Positions 1-13,081 of a stretch of DNA of 64,000 bases are shown piece by piece. The stretch comes from Octopus vulgaris (taxonomy: Eukaryota). The stretch lies in NCBI GenBank assembly GCA_951406725.2, contig OX597820.1:34782001-34846000 (forward strand), read 5' to 3'. The translations under genes and the position numbers were made by a program. Each line of letters opens with the position of its first letter. Position 1 is the first letter of the stretch. Under the pieces are notes generated by a model. The model made no database searches, was not told where the DNA came from, and was given only the letters and a program-made list of their open reading frames with translations.

Positions 1-93
1 GAGAAACACTCGTACATATACAGTACACATATACGTAACTCTTATTAACTCTCATAGGTGCGTCTAAATGTATACGTGCGTCTCCCTCTCTCG

Positions 94-96
<3 letters not shown>

Positions 97-179
<83 letters not shown>

Positions 180-205
180 GTCTGTCTGTCTGTATGCATG
201 TCTAC

Positions 206-281
<76 letters not shown>
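97..281. repeat. Compound (TATC)n/(TGTC)n microsatellite
   Basis: Direct reading of the tandem tetranucleotides. Confidence 0.97.
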
Positions 282-282
<1 letters not shown>

Positions 283-513
283 AATTTTTATGCATGTATG
301 TACGTGTGTATAAACATATGTAGGTTTGGTAGAATGAACAGGATAAGTACAACACAGCACATGAGTATATAATATATGTATAATTTTTTATCATCTGAAA
401 GCTGCAAGAGCGACTGAAGGCCCGAGTGTTCTTGGGTATGACACTTGTCAAACTTAGACAAATGTCATGGATAAAATATTCGACTCTTAAGTCACTTTTC
501 TAACTTTCTGCTG

Positions 514-590
<77 letters not shown>

Positions 591-595
591 TATAA

Positions 596-1121
596 GCGCA
601 GGAGTGGCTGTGTAGTGAGTAGCTTGCTTACCAATCACATGGTTTCGGATTATGTCCCACTGGGTGGCACCTTGGGCGTCTTCTGCTATAGCTTCAGGCC
701 GACCAAAGCCTTGTGAGTGGATTTGGAAGACAGAAACTGAAAGAAGCCCGTCGTATATATCTCTCTATATATAAACGGCAGTTTGTCTGTGCGTGTTTCT
801 GTGTGTCTGTTTGCTTGTACCCTCACCCTGACCACGGCTTTCAACCGATTCTGATGAAACTTGACACACACATAGCCCAATGTCATAATTCAAAACTAAC
901 GCAGCCAAAATTTTGAAAAGTTCCCCAGTTCTGAAAAAATCGATAAATTCGACATGGGGTCGAGAATTAGAAACACGAACCACAAACTGTCTAGGGGACG
1001 CAACTCCATCCTTTTTTAACTCTCAAAAAAAAATTTATCATTTTTATCCATTTTTTTGCTATTTTTTGGCTATAACTCTCTAAAAATGCTTTATAGTTAT
1101 ACAAACCTGAGCAACGCCGGG

Positions 1122-1206
<85 letters not shown>

Positions 1207-1362
1207 GGCGCTCGTGTTTGTCCATCGCTTGACAACCGATGTTGGTGTTTTTACGTCCCCGTAAACTAGCGGTTCGGCAAAAGAGTCCGATAGACTAATT
1301 ACTAGGCTTACAAAGCAAAAGAGACCGATAGATGCAGTCAAATGACTGAATCAAATAAAAGA
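596..1362 (+). mobile_element. SINE family A copy (tRNA-like head, central (TA)n(TG)n tract), interrupted by a Helitron at 760-1126
   Basis: Head GGAGTGGCTGTGT..GTCCCACTG..CACCTTGGGC and tail TACGTCCCCGTAA..GGTTCGGCAAAAGAG..GTCAAATGACTGAA match the full copies at 12857, 51341 and 55476. Confidence 0.85.
760..1126 (+). mobile_element. Non-autonomous Helitron lacking its terminal CTAG
   Basis: Starts A|TCTCTCTATATATAAAC. Its 3' part (TAACTCTCTAAAAATGCTT..ACAAACCTGAGCAACGCCGGGCGATA) matches the 3' end of the Helitron at 33345-33861. Confidence 0.75.
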
Positions 1363-1606
1363 ATATATATATATATATATATATATACCTTTACACAAAC
1401 ACATAGATACACTCAAAAATGAGGGATCAAGAAGGCAAACAGTTTATCATTGTGGGGTGGGGGAAAGATGTAATCTCTACTAGACGTAACATTATAAAAT
1501 CTTATTTACTTTTGGTTATGATACAAAACACGCACGCACACACACACACACACGCACGCACAAGAATATACACATATATACACTCATGCTTCCGCGCACA
1601 CTATGT

Positions 1607-1647
<41 letters not shown>

Positions 1648-1715
1648 CAACTACATACATATATACATACATACATTTATACACGTACATACATGAAATA
1701 TATAGTCACACATTC

Positions 1716-1774
<59 letters not shown>

Positions 1775-1886
1775 TATGTATTTCTTCCTTTTATTTTCAC
1801 TCAAATTTTCACATCAACAAAATCTTGATTCTCTCTACTTCGCATAAACAATCACCGATATAATCCCCTACAAACACTTTCTGCTG

Positions 1887-1951
<65 letters not shown>

Positions 1952-2177
1952 GCTCATCAGAATGAACATGCACACGCAAAAACAGCTGAGACAGGACAAA
2001 AGGCCGAAATGCATCTGGCGCTCTTACTGGCTGCTTTAAGGGCGAATTTTCATCTGATATTCATTGTTTTAACACATCAAGTCCGATAAAGATATTGTTT
2101 CAGTATAAATATTACGGTAACTGGGCTATCGACAGTGTGTATATATTAAGTATGCAACGTGTATGACAGGTAGATAA

Positions 2178-2538
2178 AAGGCAGTGTGCTGGCAGAGTCG
2201 TTAGCACACCGGGCGAAATGCTTTGCTGTATTTCGTCTGCCGCTACGTTGTGAGTTCAGATTCCGCCGAGGTCGACTTTTCTTTTTATCCTTTCGGGGAC
2301 AATAAATTAAGTACCACTGGGGTCGATCTAATCGACTTAATCCGTTTGTCTTAATCCGATGTTTGTCCCCCCAACATTGCTGGTGTGGTTACGTCCCCGT
2401 AACATAGCGGTTCGGCAAAAGAGGCCGATAGAATAAGTACAAGGCTTACAAAGAATAAGTCCTGGGGTCGAGTTGCTCGACTAAAGGCGGTGCTCGAGCA
2501 TGACCACAGTCATATGACTGAAACATGTAAAAGAGTAA

Positions 2539-2540
<2 letters not shown>
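2178..2540 (+). mobile_element. SINE family B copy fused to the 3' half of a family A SINE
   Basis: GCTGGCAGAGTCGTTAGC..GAGTTCAGATTCCGCCGAGGTCGACTTT..CATCCTTTCGGGG-type body to about 2345, then the family A tail (TACGTCCCCGTAAC..GACTAAAGGCGGTGCT). Confidence 0.8.
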
Positions 2541-2579
<39 letters not shown>

Positions 2580-2687
2580 AAAAAGTAAAATTTATTCTCA
2601 CTGCTTCTGTCACTAATGATAATTTTTGAAAAAGCCCACTACATACATACATGCATACACGCGTACATACACACACACACACACACA

Positions 2688-2733
<46 letters not shown>

Positions 2734-3339
2734 TTTGTATATGTATATATTGTGTATAACTTATAAAGTACTTAATATGCTAATTTCCAATTAAACCCTG
2801 GAATATATCAACGGAACGAACTAGTTTTGTCGTGCATTAACATATTAACCAACGACAGAAAGAGATGATGATGATGATGATGACGACGACGATGATGATG
2901 ATAGAATGAAAGAGAGAAAAGATAACTTCACTTCACCATAAACTAAATAATTTTCTGGAAGCGAAAATAAATTTATACAGAAATTATTTTATTTTTTACT
3001 TATTTATTTAACTTTCTTACAAGATATGGCGAAGTGAAAAAATGTTCAGTGAGTCATTGGAACCTCTGAGAAGAAGGAATTATCTTTGAGACTGGTCTGA
3101 ATATATTCTGACCAACTTCTCCCATATCTTAAGCGACCCCTTCTCTATACCTGCTCTCCCTTTAGTATATATATATATATATATATAATATGCGTGGGAA
3201 CAGCAAAGGAGCAAGAAAGTCTCTTTATGTTTGTATATGAAAATATAAGGTTAAGGAAGGGGCGGGCTAGTGGTGTCTGTAATCTGTTTCCTCTTCAGAT
3301 AGCAAGACTCTGGTATCAAGAAATGGAATGAAAGCATAA

Positions 3340-4014
3340 CAATAACGCTGTTAAACAACATCATCGTCGACGCCATTATCAACATCATCGTCGTCGTCGT
3401 TTTCGTTGCTATCATCACTATCATCATGTTTGTCATCGTCGTCTTCGTCTTCGTCGTTTTCGTCATTTTCGCCATCATCATCATCAACATCATCATCGCC
3501 GCCGCTGCCGCCGCCGCCGCCGTCGTCGTCGTCACCACCGCCATCACCATCACCATCATCTTCATCGACAACGTCTTCGTCGTTCATAGTCATTGTGGTC
3601 GTTACTGTCATCATCATCATCAACTCTTCCGCCGTGAAAAACACCCCTACCCCCACCACCACCGCCACCACCACCGCCACCACCACCACCACCACCACCA
3701 CCACCACCACCACCACCACCACCACCACCATCACCACAACTACCATCACCACAACCACCATCACCACAACCCATCACCACCACCACCACCACCACCACCA
3801 CCACCACCACCACCACCACCACCACCACCACCTCACCACCACTACCACCACCACCACCACCACCATCATCATCACCACAACCATCACCACCACCACCACA
3901 ACCACCACCACACAACCACAACAACAGTAGCATTAGCAGCAGCAGCAGCAACACAACCACCACCACAACCACAACCACCACCACAACAACAACAGTAGCA
4001 GTAGCAGCAGCAAC

Positions 4015-4048
<34 letters not shown>

Positions 4049-4056
4049 ACGACAAC
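3340..4056. repeat. Compound trinucleotide microsatellite (ATC/GTC/GCC/ACC/AAC/AGC)
   Basis: Direct reading; it generates the poly-His/Thr/Pro/Asp ORFs in several frames. Confidence 0.95.
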
Positions 4057-4282
4057 GCCTTCACTATCAAAAGCCACCAGACAAGAAAACATCACACTAA
4101 AGCTGTTGAAAAGTTGATTTCTCTTCATTGAAAGACTCCATTTTTTTAATTCTTAGACAAAAGTTTGTTTTTCATCATTTTCTTTTGTTTTTTGTTTTTC
4201 TTGTGATGACGTCAGTTTATAAAACGGTTTTGTAACAAGAGCGGCAACAATGCTCAATTTTCTGGTTTTTTTTTTTACTTTT

Positions 4283-4610
4283 GTCCTGAAATTTTAGGGC
4301 ATGGGGCTAATCGATTCTATTGACCCCAGTACTCTGCTGGTACTTATTTTATTGACCCCGAAAGTATGAGCAACAAAGTCGACCTTGGCGGAGTTTGGCA
4401 ACAATGTTTAATAATATTTTTTAATATATTGGCAGGAGGCCTGAAATTTTGTGAGATGGGGGGCTAATCGATTACATCGACCCCAGTGTGTAACTTATTC
4501 CATCGACCTCAAAAGGATGAAAGGCATAATCGACCCCGGCGGAATTTGAATGCAGAACGTGAAGACGAAATGCCGCTAAGCATTTTGCACCGCGCTGCTA
4601 ATGATTCTGA
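4283..4610 (-). mobile_element. Two partial SINE family B copies
   Basis: Reverse-complement matches: GACCCCAGT..GGTACTTATTTTATTGACCCCGAAAG..AAAGTCGACCTTGGCGGA, present twice. Confidence 0.75.
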
Positions 4611-5117
4611 TTGTTGTTGTTAAACATTGTAAGGCGGCGAGCCTTACAATGTTTAACAACAACAACAGCAACAACAACAAAAACAACAACAACAACAGCA
4701 ACAACACCAACAACAATACCAACAATAACAACAACAACAACAATAGTTATTATTATTATTAATAATGATCCCTGGCTTACCTTATTCAAGAATGATACCC
4801 GGCTTACCATCCACCCAGGAAGTGCAAAAGATTGTCTTAACTGATACGTCATACGTATTGAGAAAAGTATTGTCGCTGTAAATTTGCTTTCTTTTTCCCC
4901 GTTTATTTCATTTTTTAACCCCCCCCTTATTTTAATTTAAAAAATTTTCCTTTTTCTCTGTCTTCCCCTTTTCTCTATCACATGACTCTATAAATGAACA
5001 ATCTGGTAATGTATACAGTACGTTTCTCTGCCCTAGGTGTCAGGAAGACACTGGGCAAAAAATGGAAACAGAATTGAAAGACGGTGCTAATGAGAATGAT
5101 AACAATAATAATAATAA

Positions 5118-5675
5118 ATGCCCTGATGCAGTACCAGGCAGTGGCTTTCGTGGCTCCTCATCTTAACTGATTGGAAGTGTTATCATGTACATTGTTTTGT
5201 CTTGGTATAAAAGATGGGCTACAACAAATATTCTGCTCAATACCACACATTTGCTTGTCAGTTGTTTGACCATAACCAGTTGAGCATGTCCCTGAGTGGC
5301 TGACAATATATACATCGCCGATCATGAACAGAAGTAGTGGTGGTGGGGGGGGGGGAGCATCACAGCCATGTGTAGAGAGGAATTCTTTGATGCTTGGATA
5401 ATTCACCTTTGGAAACGTGGGTATTTCGTTCAACATCCTTAAATAAACCTTATTCAGGGACCTTTTGCACGGGATGGGCTACTCGACCGGAAAAAAAATT
5501 CTAACTGCAAGATCATGCGCTATTAATCTTGATAAGAGATCTCCATATTACGCACATATGGTTGTGATGCATGTGCCTGGTTTACACTTATCAGACGGGT
5601 AGTCATGATGGGTATACTGGGCTTCGTATATTTTACCCCAGTGTCACTTTGATGGCATGCACTGCTCTCTCACTC
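5118..5675 (+). mobile_element. Non-coding retroelement segment inserted in (TAA)n (probable LINE 3' region or non-autonomous element)
   Basis: About 560 bp of complex sequence with (AAT)n directly on both sides; no recognisable ORF. Confidence 0.55.
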
Positions 5676-5706
<31 letters not shown>

Positions 5707-6065
5707 TTGTATTGGGAAACGGGATTGTGTTAGTGGATATTTTCGACCCCAGCCACCTCTCCTAGTCCAGCAGAATTGAATGGGGGTGTTAGAGGATAAC
5801 ATCGGCCCCCTTACTTGACGGGTATTTTATTATATCGACGCCGAAAAAAAAAAAAATAAAAAACGAAGTTAGCCTTGGCGAGATTTGAACTTATTGAGTT
5901 GTGATTCAATTCAAATAAAAACTGTGTGGCATTCTACTCAAAAGTTAAAAGAAAAAAGAAAATCAGGCAAGAAAAAAAATGAAGTGGTGAAAATAAGTTT
6001 AAATATGGAGAGATACAGGAATATAAAGTGAAGAGTAAACTTTGAAATTGTTCTTTTTTTTCTTT

Positions 6066-6352
6066 TTCGCCCTTTTGAAGCCTAGCCAGACTCATGTCCC
6101 GGTTTCCCGGTTTCTGTGATATATGTGTTCCCCCCAGCTGGGCAGGATGCCAGTCCATCGCAGCGTTACTCAAGAAACAGGAAGAGAGAGTGAGAGAAAG
6201 TTGTGGCGAAAGAGTACAACAGGGGTCGCCACCACCCCTGCGGAGCCTCGTGGAGCTTTTAGGTGTTTTCGCTCAATAAACACACAACGTTCCGTCTGGG
6301 AATCGAAACCGCGATCCTCCGATTGCGAGTCAGCTGCCGTAGCCACTGGGCC
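6066..6352 (-). mobile_element. SINE family D (tRNA-like head plus GCGATGGACTGGC tail)
   Basis: Minus strand GGCCCAGTGGCTACGGCAGC..GGTTTCGATTCCCAGAC (Pol III A/B boxes); near-identical to 39822-40096. Confidence 0.85.
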
Positions 6353-6357
6353 AAAAT

Positions 6358-6605
6358 AAATGCGCCCTTTTAAAGCCTAGCCAGGCTCATGGGCCCGGTT
6401 TCCCTGTTTCTATGGCGTATGTTTCCCAGCTAGATGGGACGCCAGTCCATCGCAGCGTTACTCATTTTTGCCAGCTGAGTGAGTGGAGCAAGATGAAATG
6501 AAGTGTTTTGCTCGAGAACACAACGCGTCACCTGGTCCAGGAGTCGAAACCACAATCTTACGATCATTATGCTGACACCCTAACCACTAAGCCACGCGCC
6601 TCCAC
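6358..6605 (-). mobile_element. SINE family C
   Basis: Reverse complement of the 15862-16112 copy (GGAGGCGCGTGGCTTAGTGGTTAGG..GGTTTCGACTCCTGGACC..GCGATGGACTGGCGTCCC). Confidence 0.85.
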
Positions 6606-6843
6606 TTTGAAATTGTAGACAATGTAAAATAGCAGACGATATAAAGGTAGCAGACGATACAGAATAAATATGGGGATATACTGGATTGTCAAATAAATTC
6701 GTTATTTTTCTTTGATCCCAGGTAAACCCCAAAGAAGCGCTCGAGACACGACCATTACAATATGTGGAATCTTGGACTACATTATCCAATGTCTTTCAGT
6801 TTTAAGGGAGGTTTGGCTGCTATGTCTAGCAAGTCAAACAACC

Positions 6844-7203
6844 GCGTACATTTCACCTAGTAGTTGTTTCTTACAGTTGCTTTTAACTGACTCAGTTAAA
6901 TTATAATCAATGACATTCCAGCCATGACTATTCCCACCTTGGTAGGCGTATCAAGCAAGGCTACATCATCAAATTTGTCCGTTTTCCAAGGTAAGTAGTG
7001 TAGTATTTAAGGAGTTTGCGTACATTTCACCAAGTAGTTGTTTCTTACAGTTGCTTTTCACCCACAGGTCAACCCTGACTCAGTTAAATTATAATCAATG
7101 ACATTCCAGCCATGACTATTCCCACCTTGGTAGGCGTATCAAGCAAGGCTACATCATCAAATTTGTCCGTTTTCCAAGGTAAGTAGTGTAGTATTTAAGG
7201 AGT
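6844..7203 (+). repeat. Tandem direct duplication (6844-7015 and 7018-7203)
   Basis: Two nearly identical 170-185 bp copies differing mainly by one indel (CACCCACAGGTCAACC). Confidence 0.92.
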
Positions 7204-8046
7204 GTGACTATTATTTCGAGTATGGAAAGTGACTTGAAATGCCAAGTGGTTGAGTAACTGGGAAGAGGTACTCTGCTCTTATTTTTACTGTATGTTTATG
7301 TGTCCCCGCGTGTGTACGTGTGTGTGAGTGTATATGTATGTATGTATGTATGCATGTATGTATGTATGTATGTATGTATGTATGTATGTATGTATGTATG
7401 TATGTATGTATGTATGCCTGTGTATATGTGTGCGAGTGTGCATGTGCATGTGTATATCTGCATGTTTGCTAACGGATATACTTTATGTGTGCAAATAAGG
7501 TGGAGAAAGATGTATGGACACAAACACACACACACACACACGCACACACACACACACACACGCACACACACACATACACACACACACACACATGTCTTCG
7601 TAAATGAAAATGCCATTCATATTATAAATATGTCGGCTAGAGCAACAGAAATAGGTTCATATCTTACTTTAGTGACACACAAACACAAGAAGCATCTTGA
7701 CAGCAGATGTCTTCACAATTTGGGTAGAGAGCAAAACTTTTCATGTGTCAAGAGACTTTGCAGCATGGCTATGTGCACATTTTTTCTTATTTTCTTCAAG
7801 AGTATTAAAAATATTTGAGGCTGTTTATAATTATCTGTCTGTCCGTCTATCTATCTAAGAACATGTTTCTTGCATGAATGAAAAGCATGCATTGTAGTAT
7901 TAAAATATATACATGAATCAAAACTTTCATTCACACTTTGAATTTGGTGGTACTGGTAATGGCTTTAGCTCGATCTGATACTGAGTTGAGTTGATGCCTT
8001 CTAGTATCTCAAAATTTAATATACAATTATTCATAATTGTAGTGCC

Positions 8047-8135
8047 CTACGCTGATGAGAAAAAAAATTGGGTACGGTAGAATTATCTAATTCTTATGCT
8101 TTCCTAAAACTTGATTTCGAAACGTACGTCCGTAG
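8047..8135 (+). ncRNA. Type I hammerhead ribozyme (canonical core, palindromic minimal stem III)
   Basis: Stem I CTACG/CGTAG; CTGATGA 8052-8058; long stem II closed by GAAA/TTTC; GAAA 8119-8122; CGTACG; GTC triplet, predicted cleavage after 8130. Confidence 0.8.
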
Positions 8136-8296
8136 ACGATAGGATTCTGAAGAAGTATCTCATTTCATTCTCCTCGCTCATATGTTGCGCCCACTTAGCA
8201 GCTAGTTAGATGTACAGAAAGAATAGTGTATTTTCTTGTAACACTTGCATTGTTAAGATGTCTTTTACTCTACATGACTAAAGTCCTCTTTACTTA

Positions 8297-8338
<42 letters not shown>

Positions 8339-9663
8339 GTGTGTGTATTTGTGTGTGTGTGTATTATGTACATCTGTGGGCAGGTGTTATACATATGATA
8401 TATACATATATGTGTATACACACATACATACTTATACTATGTAAGCGAAACTTCGAAGAAATTGTCAACCTTTTTCTTGTAAAAATAAAATAATATTATT
8501 TTACTGAAATATATTGAGTGATCCTTCATTTTAATGTCTCACTTTTTACATAAAATGTATATATAAAAACAAATAATATACATATATACATGTATATGAG
8601 TGTATATATACATGTATATGAGCGCGCACACATATGCAAGCTTACAATTATATAGACGGAATAAATTGATAAAGCTGATAAGCAAGAACAGAAATAATGA
8701 AAGATGAATTGAATGAATCAAGCTTAATTCATTCCCACCCACCATCCTCTCACATACATAAACATACACCACACACACACACACACCGATGCACAAGCAC
8801 AAATGCTCACACGTCACCACTAGACTTCATCGAATCACGTGATGTGTTTAAGCGTTTGCGAATAAAAAGCCAATTTGTATTGTTTCTTTTGCAGACGATA
8901 AAACTACGTCATAATCTGTAACAAGTATCTCACATTTTGCCTCTAAATGGCGCCCGCACCGGAAACCACATCACAAAGATATCGTCTGTATTTCTCTATT
9001 CGTTGAAACGAAGAACGGCTCCAAAGCAAAAAGCAAAATTAATAATTTTTTGATAATCTGTAAAGTTATACGCGAAGGTACGAGGTCCAGCAGTTAGGTG
9101 TGTTGATCTCACGTTATGATCATAAGGCCATGTAGTTTCGATTCCCAGATCAGGTGGGGCGCTTTGTTCTTGAACAAAACCTTTTTATTTTATTTTGAGT
9201 TGTTCACTCAGATGAAAATGTGTTCTAATAATAACTGGGACTTAATCCTGAGAGAGACTAGCTTTCTGTACAGAGAAGTGAAATATTGTAGTCTCAGTCA
9301 TTTACGATGTTTTATAGATCCTGTGGAAATCGGGATAAGCTATGCCTTTAGGGGCCTGTTGACTAAGGACAGACCTCATTCAATGTAACACAGTCATGGG
9401 CAAACTGAATTCAACACAGTTATGGGTTTTATGAGATATAGCTGGATAGAGAGTATGTGTGTACTCTTAACGAAAAGATATCTTGAATATTTATATATAT
9501 TTATATAAAAGTTCAATTTGAGGTTAAATACGCCTCATTAAAGGTTAGTAATATCCAATGGATTTACTAGTTTCTTACCTATTATTTTGAATATTAGATT
9601 TAATATTAACACATAAAATATTATCAGATAAAAATATGAAAATTTAATGGTATATTTTTTCTA

Positions 9664-9731
9664 CCTGCGACGAGATTCAACTTTAATTATTTTAATTAAT
9701 TTTTAAAGTCTGAATCGAAACAGCTGTCAGG
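9664..9731 (+). ncRNA. Degenerate hammerhead ribozyme (core GCGACGA instead of CUGANGA)
   Basis: CCT..GCGACGA GATTCA..TGAATC GAAA CAGCTG TC AGG: all three stems are in place but the core is mutated. Confidence 0.55.
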
Positions 9732-10011
9732 GAGTATGTATATTTTTGTAATTTATACATATAATTACTAATTCATCTATCTCTATTTTCTTATTTTTCT
9801 TATATATTAATATATGTATAAACAAACGTATAAACACTCGCACACGCACACATACACACTTCTCTCTCTCTCTCCTCTTTCTCTTTTTCTCTCTCTCTCA
9901 GTATATAAGATATATGTATATATATTCATATGTGTATATAAGATATATGTATATATATTCATATGTGTATATATATATGTGTGTGTATATATATTTATAT
10001 ATATAAATACA

Positions 10012-10059
<48 letters not shown>

Positions 10060-10246
10060 CATACATGGACATACATTCATACATATATATATATATATAT
10101 ATATTTATATACATATATGTGTATAGTGTGTACGTGCGTATGTACAGCTAGTAAAAGTACTCAATACAAATGAAAAGTTTAACAAGCCGCGGAATCAGCT
10201 TATATAAATTTCATTCTATCCCTCTCCGTGTGCGTGTGCGAGTGTA

Positions 10247-10289
<43 letters not shown>

Positions 10290-10791
10290 AAGAGAGCGTG
10301 TGCGCGCGCGCGCGTGTGTCTGTGCGTGTGTGTGTGCTGCACACCATTTTGTCACTTAACCCCAATCGACCGAAATCGAGAACATCTATAATAGATAATT
10401 ACTTTAGTGTTGGCCATTTTGATCTTTTTGTATATCCCAGAACTGCATACCCACAGCGTGTCCTGTTTATTTATTTATATATATTTTCCAAGACACTTGC
10501 AATTTAAATTGTGGGAAGTTTGGTTGCTATGTCTAGCAAGACGTGCAACCACATTGAAGCGCCATCGGTGGTGGCCTGTCGCTCGTTAGTGTCTTTGTCG
10601 GGGTGGAACCGGTGCAGTTGGCAAGCTACAGAGAATCTAGGCTTTCTAAACATTTCCCATGTGTGTTGTTTGTGATTAGAAAGTGATAAGACCGCTACCG
10701 TTCATTCATGGAGTCCTCTTTATCTGCTTTGTTATACATACACAACAGATAAACATGCGTACATACATAGATAATTATATACATAGATTAC

Positions 10792-10871
<80 letters not shown>

Positions 10872-11086
10872 GCAAACATACATACATGTATACGTGCATG
10901 TATGTATCTATGTATGTGTATACATACATATATATGCATGCATATACACAAACATAAATACATATATGCATGTATACATGTACGCTCACATATTTGTGTA
11001 TATGTATGTCTGACATTAGTCTGTATTTGTGGGTGAGAGATACAAAGAGAGATAGCTTTATAAATGTATATATGTATATATACACA

Positions 11087-11153
<67 letters not shown>

Positions 11154-11240
11154 ATGTGTGTATGTGTGTGTGTGTGTGTGTGTATATACAAACATGTATG
11201 CTTACATAAACATAGATTTTTATACACACACATGCGCATG

Positions 11241-11272
<32 letters not shown>

Positions 11273-11844
11273 TATGCACAGAAGGAAAACTACATTCAGC
11301 CACCAGAATTTCTTTGTTGGGGATCTTCAGATCTCCATTGGTAACTCGAAAAATGATGAGATACAAGTAGCTGGAAATGCTATCAACATTTTCAGCTGAT
11401 ATAAGAATGGAATTTGGCCAAAGGAAACGTTCAGACTTGGTTTTTCAAAGTGTGAAACCCATTTTCCAAGCAAAAATTCTTTACCTCAATGATCTTTCTA
11501 ACTCCCTTGTTCCTCAGAAACAGACCTAGACATACCTGGCAGAAAGTACTTTATAGCTACAATGATGCTGTATAATAAAAAAAAAAAGGATTGGCTTGGC
11601 TGTGTATTTAAAAAGCTTGCATCCCAACCGTACGGTCTTGCATACATTTCTACTACACAACACCCTCAGTAAGTGTATTTTACTATGGCCCTGGGCCGAC
11701 TAGAGACTTGCGAGGTGGACTTAATAGTTGGTAAATGAATATATAAACTTAGATAAACTTAGATATGTTTCGACCAAAAATTGGTCTAGGCCATGTCTAA
11801 CTTAATAGCACCACCGTGTGTGTGTGTATATATATATTTAGGAG

Positions 11845-12035
11845 CACTCCATCGGTTACAACGACGAGGTTTCCAGCTGATACGATCAACGGAACAGCTT
11901 GCTCGTGAAATTAATGACCAAGTCGCTGAGCACTCCACAGACACGTGTACCCTTAACGTAGTTCTCAAGAAGATTCAGTGTGACACAAAGCGTGGTAAGG
12001 CCGGCCCTTTGAAATACAGGTACTACTCATTTTTG
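11845..12035 (-). mobile_element. SINE 3' module G (also at 48470-48645)
   Basis: CTCCATCGGTTAC..GATCAACGGAACAGC..GAGCACTCCACAGACACGTGTACCCTTAACGTAGTTCT recurs at 48470. Confidence 0.8.
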
Positions 12036-12057
12036 CGTCGCTGGGAATTGAACGAAC

Positions 12058-12248
12058 GACAAATTTTATTCAACAAAAACAACAACATGTAACAAAAATA
12101 TCTTTAAATGGTTATCCCGGTGCATATTCACCATCTACTTCAATCACTGCTTTCCATTTGCTTGGCAGACGGTCAGACCATCATTTAAAGATGTTTTTGT
12201 TGAATAAAATTTGTTGAAAAAAAGTCGCAACAATTACGCACCAACCCA

Positions 12249-12251
<3 letters not shown>
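12058..12251 (-). mobile_element. Mariner deletion derivative
   Basis: Minus strand encodes LPSKWKAVIEVDGEYAPG*, resembling a mariner transposase C-terminus. The terminus reads TA-TTGGGTTGGTGCGTAATTG, a mariner-type TIR, and there is an internal inverted repeat. Confidence 0.75.
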
Positions 12252-12284
<33 letters not shown>

Positions 12285-12687
12285 ATGTGTGTGTAGAGGG
12301 GGTGTATACGTGTACGTGTATGTATATATTTATGTATGTATGTACTTGTGTATGTTTATGCTTGTATGTATGTATATAAATGTGTTTGTATATTCGTATG
12401 TATGCATGTGTATTTGTATGTGCATGTATGCAAGGATGTATATTCGTATGTGCATGAATGTGCATGAGTCGGTGTTTGTTTCACATCACTGGACACCCTG
12501 TGTCGGTTTGTTTACGTCCCCGTAACTTAACCGTTCATTCCTCCAACAGACACCGATAAAATATACCCGGTTTACAATGAATACTAGAGATAAGTTGATC
12601 CATTGAATTCACCAAACTGTTGCTCCAGAAGGGTCGAAATCCAACAACTAAAAGAAGTAAACGAATAAAGAAATAAAAAAAAATTGA

Positions 12688-12846
12688 ATGGCGTGGCTAT
12701 GTGGTAAGAAGCTTGCTTCCCATTCACATGGTTCTGGGTTCAGTCCTTTTGCGTGGCATCTTAGACAAGTGTGTTCTACTATAGCCTCGGGGCGACCAAA
12801 GCCTTGTGAGTGCATTTTGTAGATGGAAGCTGAAAGAAGTCTGTTA
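12688..12846 (+). mobile_element. SINE family A, 5' half
   Basis: GGCGTGGCTATGTGGTAAGAAGCTTGC..GACCAAAGCCTTGTGAGTG..GAAAGAAG. Confidence 0.8.
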
Positions 12847-12856
12847 TATATATATA

Positions 12857-13019
12857 GACGTAGGAGTGGCTGTATGGTAAGTAGCTTGCTTACGAACCAC
12901 ATGGTTGCGGGTTCAGTCCCACTGCGTGGCACCTTGGGCAAGTGTCTTCTACTATAGCCTCGAGCTGACCAAAGCCTTCTGAGTGGATTTGGTAGACGGA
13001 AACTGAAAGAAGCCCGTCG

Positions 13020-13081
<62 letters not shown>

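Noticed and set aside
3251-4128. Overlapping poly-His/Pro/Thr/Asp/Gly ORFs on both strands
   Set aside because: Open in most frames only because of triplet repeats; no convincing splice sites or unique coding sequence.
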